From Rhodospirillales bacterium (GTDB taxonomy: Bacteria > Pseudomonadota > Alphaproteobacteria > Bin95), in contig JAYQLI010000035.1 in the NCBI GenBank assembly GCA_038143065.1, positions 1,376,894 through 1,440,893 of the forward strand: DNA of 64,000 nucleotides. Reading direction: 5' to 3'. The position numbers and the translations under genes are program-made. Shown one piece after another: positions 32,148-46,782 of the stretch (positions are counted from its first letter, which is position 1; each line of letters opens with the position of its first letter). The notes beneath the pieces are model-generated. The model saw only the letters and a program-made list of their open reading frames with translations, did no database searches and was not told the DNA's origin.

Positions 32148-33433
32148 TCAATTTATTAAGCGAACACTATCCGGGTCACCTGGCCTGGGTGGTATTGGTT
32201 GGTCTGGTGGATGTGTACCAATTTGAACACTTGAATTACCGCCGACCTCAAGCGACTGTGCCGTAATCGAGACTGATGCGCTTGAGAGATCAGCTCCTCC
32301 GTTAACTTCCAATTTATCACCCGGCACCGAGATTCCTCTACCAGGACTAACAAAGATACTACCTCCGCCAATTATTTTGTGCTCGGCATTATTTGACTCA
32401 TTGCTAATGATACTTAATCCCTCAAACTCAGCAATTTCTGTTTCGGGTTCAAATATATTTAGATTTCCTTGTGCCTGTACTTTTAGACTTGCACCATTCG
32501 TAAATATCAGATTACCCCTCACGTTTAATGTGCCGCCTGCTCTAACTGTTAGATCAAAACATATGGGCAATGGAAATCCTGCATTCCCACCACTCAGCGT
32601 GACTGTGACGCCATTTTGGACTGTTAGTTCCATGGTCCGCGTTGCTGAAGGTCCAAATGTAAAATTGTTAACTTCCCCAAACCGCGTTCTTACCACTGAA
32701 CCTCTTCTAGCTGTTGGCCGATCTGGACAATTCCTTTCAAATGCATCCAGGAAAACTTCTAAATGGGCATAAGGATTACTAATTGGGGGACAACCCGTTT
32801 TGGGTACAGAAGAGATATTATTGGCCGACGTAACGTCAAACCCACCGTTGATACAAACATCGTCGGAAATTAGGCGTGCTCCATCACCATTTATATTTAC
32901 GGCACTTTCATCACTACTATTTACCTGAACTCCACAGCCATCACCCATGTTTACCTGGCCATTGCCGTTAATTCTCAAGCCCTCCCCCGATCCATCAAGG
33001 AGGTTGAGACAAGCTGGGGGCGTGTCTGCATTTTGAGTAAGTTCTACCAAAGCAGAGGCAGAAATTACCGGCGGATTTGAGATAAAATTGCCAATGAAAA
33101 ATGTTTGTGACGTAGCCTGCACTGTGACTTGAATACGATTGTTGGCAGGGAACGTTGTAGTGGCTTGAGCGCCTACTCCTCCATTTCTAACCGCGACGTT
33201 ATTTGCTTCGGTAATGGCGGAGGCGGATTAGTACCCAGGAATTCATATCCGCCAGCCAGAGCGCCAGCGTCGGCAGCATTTTGCAGATTCCTTTTGAGGA
33301 GCACCAAAGCCTACATCTATAGCTAAGCCAGCACCAGCTATAAAAAAATCGGAGCCATGACAGCAAAGATAGCTGTAAATGCCCCACCATCTGATGTGAT
33401 AAACTTTTTGATGATCTTGATTGATTTTAGCAT
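32148..33433 (-). CDS. tadG: TadG-like pilus tip/minor pilin with Gly/Asn-rich beta-solenoid C-terminus; frameshifted N-terminus
   Basis: KKFITSDG/GAFTAIFAV...GLAIDVG...LQNAADAGALAG Tad motif, followed by PACLNLLD and repeated (L/V)x(V/I)xGxG strands. Confidence 0.8.
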
Positions 33434-33699
33434 ATTAACCAATCGAATTACCCAGCACTTTCATCAAACTTAAATTAACAAAAAATAGTAAGTACAAGCC
33501 TATACATATTGCCACTGAAATCTCATCACTCCCTTTGGCCTGGTAAAATTATTATTCTCCAACCATAAAGATAATCCCCTCTACTCAACGCCTATTAGAA
33601 ATAGAGGGGACAGACCCTGAAATCTTCATTGGCATCCAAGCAATTTCAAACATCTCGACTTGGCATCTTCACTGTCGGATCATACGTAATAATTATATA

Positions 33700-34642
33700 A
33701 TGAAGTAACAATTAGGAGAAGGAACTCTAGACTGGATCAGTTCATTTCTTATTTTGAAACTAGTTTCGCCTTTTTTCTATCCTTTACTACCGACAACACG
33801 GGTCTATTGGCTCTACTTAGTCGCGATGCTTTGCGGTTGTGCTTACACAGAATAATAAAAAAACCGTCAGCCCATGTAGCAAACGAAAGTTCAGTCCGAT
33901 CCTTTTTTCGCTATTGTTTTCCAAAAGCTATTTATAACCACCCTTCAGCTGTCCTTGACTATAAATACTTCATTATAAACAAAATTCTCTTCGCCTTTAT
34001 TTTCGCACCTTTATTTTTGGGGTCACCTGCAATCGCTGAATGGATTGCAAAAACCTTTGGGACTTCAGTGGACACCGCAAACAATGCATCAGAACTAACA
34101 GTTGTATGTTATACAATCGTGGCGGTCATCGTTTTTGATCTTAGCATATTTTTCACACATTATTTGCAGCACAGAATACCGGTACTAAATTTTTTTATCA
34201 TTCAGCCAGGTTCTCACTCCTATTACCGTTTTTTTCGACGAACTACTTACAGGATTTTTATAGCCCTCGGCGGGAGGGAGCATTTATGATAGCAACTGAA
34301 AGTCTTGTGAGGCCCTTACAACTATTTCAAGTTGCTTTTCATCTATTATGTTGCCGGCTATAACCTTCGCCATTCTCATATATGGCTAAATTATCCAAGC
34401 TGGTTTATTAAGGATTCTGATAAGCCCTGCTCAACATCAGATCCATCACAGCAATGCCCCTCGCCATTTCGATAAAAACTTTGGATTTATCTTCTCATTC
34501 TGGGATCAACTTGCCCGCACAATTTATATTCCTGCCATGCGCGAAGATCTTAAATTTGGTCTCTCAAAGGATGAGAATAGAGAGTTTGGCAGTGTTCTTG
34601 CATTATATTTTTCACCCTTTCAAAAAAGCTGAAACTCTTTAG
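33700..34642 (+). CDS. Sterol desaturase / fatty acid hydroxylase family membrane di-iron protein; frameshifted
   Basis: His boxes HYLQH, NLRHSHIWL and ISPAQHQIHHS, plus DKNFG. Confidence 0.8.
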
Positions 34643-34654
34643 ACGTGAAAATCA

Positions 34655-35470
34655 ATGACAAAAGTAATTATTGGGTTGATAGCGTCGCTTACCGCGTTTT
34701 TCGTCTACCTAAGCTCTCCAGTAAGCACAACCCTAAAAAGACACTGTCTTTTTGGCAGACATGACCTGGCTTGAGGTTGAAGAAGCAATCAGACAAGGCA
34801 AGAAAGGAGCTGTCGTCCCAACCGCTGGGTTAGAACAAAACGGCCTTCATGCTGTTCTGGGAAAACATCACTACGTCGTAAAATATGCGGCGGAACAAAT
34901 TGCGCGGCAACATGGTAAATTGCTTGTAACACCCGTGATTGACTTCGTACCGGAAGGGAATATCGATCCTCCATCAGATCATATGAAATTTTCAGGTACG
35001 ATCAGCATCCCAGAGGATATCTTTGCAGGGATATTGGAATTTACAGCACGCAGCCTTCGCGCTCATGGATTTGAGCGCATATATTTTATAGGTGATAGCT
35101 TCGGTAATCAGCAAGCTCAAGCAAAAATTGCAGCAAAGCTAAACTCAAGAATGGGCCAATACTAGCAACCGGGTACATCATATTAGCGATTATTACTCAG
35201 CTAATGGCCAGACAGAGTGGTTAGTTACTCATGGGGAAAAAAATATTACTATTGGAACACATGCTGGAATTCGTGATACGTCCGAATTGCTATTCATTAA
35301 TCCAGATGGCATTCGCCCGAACACTGATAGGACTAAAAGCTGGTATGCACCTTGGCAAGAGCGGCTCGAATGGAGATCCAAGCAGGGCTAGTAAAGAAAT
35401 TGGCGAAACAATGATCAAACTGAAGATTGATGCCGCTTTGAAACAAATTAATTCTTTTCAATCTCAATAA
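34655..35470 (+). CDS. Creatininase (creatinine amidohydrolase) family protein with N-terminal hydrophobic/signal segment; frameshifted
   Basis: DMTWLEV, PTAGLEQNGLH, HMKFSGTIS, IGDSFGNQ, GTHAGIRDTSELL, GDPSRASKEIG. Confidence 0.85.
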
Positions 35471-35541
35471 CTTAATAAGGTGAAGTGTGGCTTGAAGACT
35501 TCCGATCTCAGATCTACGAGATGTTATTCTAAACACGGCCA

Positions 35542-35615
<74 letters not shown>

Positions 35616-35656
35616 TTGGTGTTATTTGGAGTTGTGTGAGGTCTTCCATTTGGAGG

Positions 35657-35771
35657 GGCTGGCGGCGCCCTACTCTCCCGCGCCTTAAGACGCAGTACCA
35701 TCGGCGCAGAGGGGTTTCACGGCCGAGTTCGGGATGGGATCGGTGTGTCTCCCTCGCCATGACCGCCAACC
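35657..35771 (-). rRNA. rrf: 5S rRNA
   Basis: CCGATCCCATCCCGAACTCGGCCGTGAAA and GATGGTACTGCG...GGGAGAGTAGG conserved blocks. Confidence 0.95.
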
Positions 35772-35944
35772 CGTCCAAAGGGAAGCGTGTCACCGCCCTT
35801 GTTAGGGCGAGGAGGAATTGAGAGAGAGGGATCGTATGTTTTCGTACACTGATATTTCAGAGATGCGATACTTTTAATTGTGTGCGTTTGATTTTCGTTA
35901 GGATCAATTCCAGAAGATTTCTGGATTTTGATCCGAGGACGAAG

Positions 35945-38680
<2,736 letters not shown>

Positions 38681-39175
38681 CTTCGCCCTCGGACCCAAAC
38701 CCAGCCGCCAAAACATAACCGAAGTCATGTCCTAACTTCTGAACTAAATCCGAGGTCAATAACTTAATTTGACTTGACTGAGATCCTACCAAAAACAGTG
38801 ATAGGATACTCATTGGGTTCTCGATCGAACCCAGATAAAACGACTCATTAGGTTCCACCAATGAGTGGAACCAATAAGTATTGAACTCGTATCTCTGAAG
38901 ACCGCCGCATAAGCAGGAATTGGCACAACACCAAAACCCCTCTCACACGGCTGCAGTCAGTCGACATACGATTGTGCATGTAACATCTTTGCCTTTCAGC
39001 AAGACGCTGCATACATCCACAGGATCACGCTAATGCGCTCCCGTGGCCTCTCTCTACAATGTCCAAAAACAGAAGTCCGAAGACTTCTACGCCCATCAGG
39101 CGCGCCCATGCCGCAAACTCTTATTTGCGCCATCGGCGAGACTGATGATTTTACCTAGACCTATTATTGATGCGT

Positions 39176-39251
39176 TGGTGGAGGCGAACGGGATCGAACC
39201 GATGACCTCCGGCTTGCAAAGCCGGCGCTCTCCCAGCTGAGCTACGCCCCC
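39176..39251 (-). tRNA. tRNA-Ala (TGC)
   Basis: GGGGGCGTAGCTCAGCTGGGAGAGCGCCGGCTTTGCAAGCCGG...CTCCACCA. Confidence 0.97.
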
Positions 39252-39337
39252 GGATTGTGTCTTGATACCTTCACCTGGCACCCAGACACTTTGCTGATGC
39301 AAAATGTGCTGGCTTACTTCAACAGCTCGAGCGCTGT

Positions 39338-39414
39338 TGGTGGGCCGAGGAGGACTTGAACCTCCGACCTCACGCTTATCAAGCGCGCGCTCTAACCAAC
39401 TGAGCTACCAGCCC
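39338..39414 (-). tRNA. tRNA-Ile (GAT)
   Basis: GGGCTGGTAGCTCAGTTGGTTAGAGCGCGCGCTTGATAAGCGTG...CCCACCA. Confidence 0.97.
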
Positions 39415-39593
39415 ATGAGGCTCACCCCAAAGCCTAAGCCTAAAACTTAGATGGGGCGTCCATGTCTATTGAGAGAGGAGGCGCGGTCGGCGTTCTAACC
39501 AATCCGCTTATTTTTTGGCGATGATTTTCATCTCGCCTGCGTCGCGTCTGAGTTACTGCAAAGCAAAGCTCTGCTTAACCTGCCAGTCGCGCT

Positions 39594-41083
<1,490 letters not shown>

Positions 41084-41376
41084 CACGCTAAACTGCCCTC
41101 AGATACCTCAGCCGAAGCCAAAGCCCAAGAAACAACCCAGCATGACGAAAGATCCTCACATCATTACTAAAAATTGTCAGCCGTCAGTTAAACCAACGAC
41201 CAACATCATCAGACACTAGCTAATAGCCAGCATCTAACGCGCTGTCTCATAAAATAGAGAAAACATGTAATGACGTTAAAGACCAATCTACCTCAACCAC
41301 TCCGAACCGAAGCCCAAAGCAGTCAACGCAAATCGACCAAAACGCCGACCACGTCTCCTCTCTCTCAATATTCTAT

Positions 41377-41388
41377 ATGTCCAAAAAC
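41377..41388 (-). promoter_or_regulatory. rRNA leader boxA-like antitermination element, repeated in the ITS at 39059..39070
   Basis: The identical 12-mer GTTTTTGGACAT precedes both the 16S and the 23S processing stems. Confidence 0.6.
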
Positions 41389-41424
41389 GAAAAACGACGG
41401 CTCGCCGGCCGTCGCAGCGGGGGT

Positions 41425-41453
41425 GATCTACTGGGTCCCCAACGTTATGTCAA
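41425..41453 (-). promoter_or_regulatory. Sigma70 promoter of the rRNA operon
   Basis: TTGACA (41453-41448), 17 nt spacer, TAGATC (41430-41425). Confidence 0.7.
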
Positions 41454-41658
41454 CGACTTTTCCGAAAAAGTTAACATTAATTTTTCTAATTGTTTTTCGA
41501 CCAATCTATTTTGCTGTCTTTTATCGACGCCAACACCAATTATTCTCATGAATTATTGACACCCCAATAATTGGCCGTCATTTAGCCAAACCAAACATCA
41601 TAATCTCTTTTGCGAACCTTTTCGCCCGTAAGTAATCCTCTATCCCACTCAAGAAGAG

Positions 41659-43078
41659 ATGGAAGGGGATATAAGGACTCCGAGTCGGCATGCCCGCACC
41701 TCGACACAAAAGCTGGCAACTCGCCCGCAACCTAGTTCGATTGCTGCTGAATCCGAGCTTCAGACGGTTTTTCTATTTCCTGCAGTAGCCGCTGTGATGA
41801 TTGTTGGTGCTGGCACTTACCTCCTTCTAAAACCAACATCAGAGCAGCAACCTTCAATTGGAGAGACCACTAACTCACCCATCGAGCCCAATACTATTGC
41901 TCTACCCACTATTCCAGAAGCTGTTCGGTTACCTAGTGACCCACTAACTGCATCAAATCCGATCGAAGCCGAAACCAAAATTGTTAAAGGAGATACACTC
42001 TCAGCAGTATTAAAACGGATGGGAGTTTCCAATGAAGAAGCCGCTCTATCGATCAAAGCACTGAGAAAAGTGTACGATCCCAGAAGCCTCAGAAAAGGCG
42101 ATAAAGTTACGCTTAGTCTCTCTTCTGATGCTTCTACTGTTGCAGATGGGCGCCTTTTTAGGACTGCAGATTGCCGAAGACTTTGATCGATTAGCAGGAG
42201 TTGCCCTATCGTTAGAGGGCAAATTTGAGGCTTACGAGATTGTTAAATTTCTTGATAAGAGCCTTGGTCGCGGAAATGGAAGCATCAACAGTAGTTTATT
42301 CGAGGATGGCGTAAAGAGTGGCATACCAGCTGGTGTGATGGTTAATTTTATTAGGCTCTTCAGCTTCGACATTGACTTTCAGCGCGATATACAAACTGGC
42401 GACAAGTTCGATGTCTTGTTTACTCAATTCATCGACTACGATGGTTCGGTAGTTAGCTCAGATGATATCTTATATGCCTCTTTAACCACGGGAAAACGCA
42501 CTTTAACGCTTTACAGATATGAGTTCTCTGACGGCCGGGCTAATTATTTCAATGACAAAGGCCGCAGTAATAGAAAAGCCCTATTGCGCACGCCGATTGA
42601 TGGAGCTCGAATTTCATCTGGTTTTGGTCGTCGTAAGCACCCGATCTTGGGATATTCGAAGATGCATGCTGGTGTTGATTTCGCAGCACCATCAGGCACA
42701 CCGATAAGAGCTGCCGGAGATGGTGTGATAAGACGAGCAGGCTGGAATGGAGGATATGGACGATATGTTCGCATTCGGCATAACAGCATTTATCAAACTG
42801 CTTATGCCCACATGCGCCGTATTGCTAAGGGGATAAAAGCTGGTGTTCGCGTACAACAGGGACAAATTATTGGCTACGTCGGCTCCAGTGGTCGATCAAC
42901 AGGTCCCCATCTCCACTACGAAATCCTCAAACAAGGACGACAAGTAAATCCGCGAAAGGTTAAATTTCAGAGCGCGGAGGTTCTCGCCGGCGATAACCTG
43001 GCAAAATTCAAAAATTCTCGTGAAAAAATCTCTAAACTCTTGGTTACAGACATCAACACAAAAAGTCTGGGCAATTAA
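41659..43078 (+). CDS. M23 family peptidoglycan DD-metalloendopeptidase (MepM-like); frameshift near 42155
   Basis: TM segment, KGDTLSAVL, DFQRDIQTGD, ISSGFGRRKHPILG, HAGVDFAAP, YAHM, STGPHLHYE. Confidence 0.92.
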
Positions 43079-43140
43079 AGTTGCCAGTCCACCGCAGGTA
43101 TTTAGTCATTCATTTTTAATCGATTTTCACAAACAAAAAA

Positions 43141-44593
43141 TTATGCAATTCGAATGGATTGATATGCAGCTAGCGCGCGCGTTCGAGCTGCGCTATGGTC
43201 AACGACAGGTTTAGGGTAATTATCTCCAAGGTTGATAGAAGCTTCCTCTAATTGGCTTACGTTGGCTGTCCATGGAGAATGAATTAGTTTGTTTGGCAAT
43301 TTTGCTATCTCTGGGATCCACCGTCTGACGTACGCTGCGCTGCTATCAAACTTTTCCCCTGCGCAATTGGATTGAATATACGAAAATAGGGTGCTGCATC
43401 GGCTCCGGATCCAGCCACCCACTGCCAATTCGATGGATTGCTTGCTGGATCAGCATCAATCAGAGTGTCCCAGAACCAAGCCTCACCTTGCCGCCAATCC
43501 ACCATGAGGTGTTTGGTTAAGAAGGATGCCACAATCATTCTTACCCGGTTATGCATCCAGCCTGTTTCCCATAATTGTCGCATCCCAGCATCAACAATTG
43601 GATATCCCGTTTGTCCCCTTGCCCAAGCGCTAAATCCAGTTTTGTCAGTACGCCAGGGAAAATTGTCAAACTTAGGTTGGAAATTTGAGGTGGCTAAATC
43701 ATCGGCATAAAAGAGCAAATTGTGACAGAAATCTCGCCAATACAGTTCACGTTCAAAGGCTTCGAAATCGCTATCTAACTCCCCATTGGCTTTGTCTTTT
43801 GCGATTGCAGCCACAAAACGTACCTGCCGCGGACTAATTTCCCCGAAGCGGAGATGCGGCGAAATCCCAGAAACATTAAATACCGAAGGGAAATTCCGCC
43901 CTTCAGAGTAACCTTTCAATCCTTCCTGGAGAAAAAGTGAAAGACGATTTTGAGCTGCCTCATCTCCATGAGACCAGTTTGCCCGCAACCCACCCGCCCA
44001 ATCTGGCTTCGTTGGGATTAGGTCCCAATCTTCTAAAGTATCTCCATACGTCTCTACAGACTGCCATTTTTGTGCAGCTACAGGCGTGCCAATTGGTTGC
44101 AACTGATCAGCTGATGCACGGGCGGCTTTGTAGAAGGGGTGAAAACTTTGTACCAACCCCCAGTCTTGGTTTTTACCTGCCATGGCTCCGCAATGAGAGA
44201 ACCATTCCAACTCATCACTTCGATGCCAGAATTCTTCAGGCGAGCCATAACGCTTTTATCGGTAGCTATGGCTGCGGGCTCGTAGCGTCTGTTCCAAAAA
44301 CAGGCCCTCGCTCCAAGAATTTCTGCAATTTTGGGTAGGATATCGTTGCTTGAACCGCGCATCAAAATCAGTGGAACATTAATGGTGTCCAAGGCATTTT
44401 GAAGCGCATTCAATGCCCCATGTAATTTCCATGAGGCCGCGGCACCCAAAGGCCGAGCCCCATCCCCTTCAGTTTCAAGCACATATAAACCTGCGACGGG
44501 ACCTCCACGATTAATCGCAGCAGAAAGTGCAGGATTATCACTGATCCTTAGATCGTTTCTAAACCAAACTAGAGCGGGACCCGCGGGTTTCAT
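43141..44593 (-). CDS. phrB: Deoxyribodipyrimidine (class I/III CPD) photolyase; two frameshifts
   Basis: WFRNDLRISDNPAL, SPHLRFGEISPR, GYPIVDAGMRQLWETGWMHNRVRM, WQWVAGSGADAAPYFRIFNP. Confidence 0.93.
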
Positions 44594-44870
44594 TCATCTT
44601 CTCCTAAACTCAACCAATAGCATTTCGAAGCAAAATGCGGATGCCCCCAACAACCTTCAACAACTATTCCTTTGGATGGCACCTGTGCAAGCAGTTCGGT
44701 AAAAGCAACCTGAAGAGATGCATATCGACCTGCCAACAGTATTCTCAATCCTTTAATTGCAAAAAAGAAATAAGCTAATTGAAACATAATGCGTTGACGG
44801 TTTAACCTATGCCTAGGTGATTGTCTGTTAAAACCGCTGAAACGGAAAAAATTCAGGAGGAATGCGCCTT

Positions 44871-45794
44871 ATGGCTGATGGTATGCTGGAAAACAAAGTG
44901 GTCCTTGTTACAGGCGCTGGACGTGGTATCGGAGCTGAAGTGGCAAAACTGGCTGCCGCCGAAGGCGCTAAGGTGGTTGTAAATGACCTTGGTGGAGACG
45001 TAGACGGCGGTGGCGCAGACAGCACCCCCGCTCAAGAAGTGGTCGCGGCTATTGAGTCAGCTGGAGGTGAAGCAGTCGTTAACGGTGATAGTGTTGCGGA
45101 CTTTCAAGCTGCCAAGGCAATGGTTAAGCAAGCTGTCGATACATTCGGCCAAATTGATGCAGTGATAAACGTCGCAGGGATCCTACGAGACGTTATCTTC
45201 CATAAAATGACGCAGGATGATTGGAACGCGGTAATTAATGTCCATCTGAAAGGAACGTTTAATGTTTCCCGGGCTGCAGCGGATTATTTCCGCCAGCAAG
45301 AATCCGGAGCAATGGTACATTTCACTTCCACTTCCGGGCTGATTGGCAACTTTGGCCAAGCAAATTATTCCGCGGCAAAACTTGGGATCATGGGCCTATC
45401 TAAATCAATATCCCTAGATATGGCTCGCTTTGGAGTGCGCTCTAATTGCATGTCCCCGTTTGCTTGGAGCAGGATGATTGGAACAATCCCTTCCAACACA
45501 CCGGAACAGGAAGCTCGTCTTGCAAAAATTAAACGCATGACGCCTGCGCAGATTGCTCCGATGTGCGTCTACTTGGCCTCAGACGCCGCCAACGAAATGG
45601 GGGTCACCGCACAAGTTTTTGGTAGCCGCATGAATGAGCAAATTCTTTTTGGTCAGAACCGTCCCATTCGATCCATTCATCGTGCAGAAGGATGGACACC
45701 TCTAACGATCCATGAGGAAGGCATGCCAGCCCTAAAACCGAGTTTTGTCCCCAATGATCGATCAGCAGATGTCTTTTCTTGGGACCCAATTTAA
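44871..45794 (+). CDS. SDR family oxidoreductase (3-hydroxyacyl-CoA dehydrogenase/MFE2-like), copy 1
   Basis: TGAGRGIG, VVVNDLG, AGILRD, GNFGQANYSAAK. Confidence 0.92.
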   Translation: MADGMLENKVVLVTGAGRGIGAEVAKLAAAEGAKVVVNDLGGDVDGGGADSTPAQEVVAAIESAGGEAVVNGDSVADFQAAKAMVKQAVDTFGQIDAVINVAGILRDVIFHKMTQDDWNAVINVHLKGTFNVSRAAADYFRQQESGAMVHFTSTSGLIGNFGQANYSAAKLGIMGLSKSISLDMARFGVRSNCMSPFAWSRMIGTIPSNTPEQEARLAKIKRMTPAQIAPMCVYLASDAANEMGVTAQVFGSRMNEQILFGQNRPIRSIHRAEGWTPLTIHEEGMPALKPSFVPNDRSADVFSWDPI

Positions 45795-45861
45795 TTGGTC
45801 CAGCCAAAAGACTGAAACGAACAAACGAAACTTACAGCAATAGTTAGAAGGAACCGGACTC

Positions 45862-46782
45862 ATGGTAGACGGTGTTCTCGAAGGTAAAGTAATTCTTGTG
45901 AATGGAGCAGGTCGCGGCATCGGAGCCGAAATTGCTAAACTTGCAGCTAGTGAAGGCGCAAAAGTTGTGGTGAACGACTTGGGCGCAACGGTGGATGGTC
46001 GCAGTGATGCAGACATTGGTCCGGCTCAGCAAGTTGTGAATGAAATCGAAGCCAACGGCGGAGAGGCTGTCGTTAATGGCGGCGATATTTCAAATTGGGA
46101 TGATGCTCAGGCCATGGTTGCACAAGCCGTGGATGAGTTTGGTCAGCTCGATGGTGTGGTAAACGTAGCCGGTATTTTACGTGACGTTATTTTTCACAAA
46201 ATGAGCGAAGATGACTGGGATGCTGTCATCAATGTACATCTTAACGGATACTTTAACGTTGCCAGAGCCGCAGCCGAAGTTTTTCGAACTCAAGAATCAG
46301 GGGCAATGGTCCACTTCACTTCCACTTCGGGCCTAGTTGGCAATGTAGGCCAGGCAAACTATGCCGCTGCAAAGCTTGGAATTGTGGGTCTTTCGCAATC
46401 TATTGCTCTGGACATGTCACGATTTGGAGTCCGGTCAAATATCGTTTCTCCATCTGCATTTACACGTATGATTGAAACTATACCGATCAAAGGACCCGAA
46501 GGTGAGGCACGGCGTCGACGTCAAGAAGCAATGACGCCGCAAAAAATTGCTGCCCCATCTGTGTATCTTCTGTCTGACTTAGCCCATGACATTACAGGAC
46601 AGATATTCTATGTCCGCTCTAACGAGATCATGTTGATGAGCAAAACTAGGCCCGTCCGCACGATCCACCGCAGCGACGGCTGGACACCGAAGAACATACA
46701 TGAACATGCAATACCGGCTCTCAAACCTCACTTTTCGCCAAATGAGGCGTCACCTCAATATTTCGTTTGGGATCCTGTTTGA
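45862..46782 (+). CDS. SDR family oxidoreductase, paralog copy 2
   Basis: NGAGRGIG, VVVNDLG, GNVGQANYAAAK. Confidence 0.92.
   Translation: MVDGVLEGKVILVNGAGRGIGAEIAKLAASEGAKVVVNDLGATVDGRSDADIGPAQQVVNEIEANGGEAVVNGGDISNWDDAQAMVAQAVDEFGQLDGVVNVAGILRDVIFHKMSEDDWDAVINVHLNGYFNVARAAAEVFRTQESGAMVHFTSTSGLVGNVGQANYAAAKLGIVGLSQSIALDMSRFGVRSNIVSPSAFTRMIETIPIKGPEGEARRRRQEAMTPQKIAAPSVYLLSDLAHDITGQIFYVRSNEIMLMSKTRPVRTIHRSDGWTPKNIHEHAIPALKPHFSPNEASPQYFVWDPV

Noticed and set aside
34655-35470. Mycofactocin peptidase MftE / mycofactocin cluster
   Set aside because: No mftA precursor, MftB or radical SAM MftC nearby, and the protein looks exported.
20500-35540. Prophage or ICE with att sites at tRNA-fMet
   Set aside because: No integrase, transposase, relaxase or phage genes. 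Only chance 9-mers match the tRNA end.
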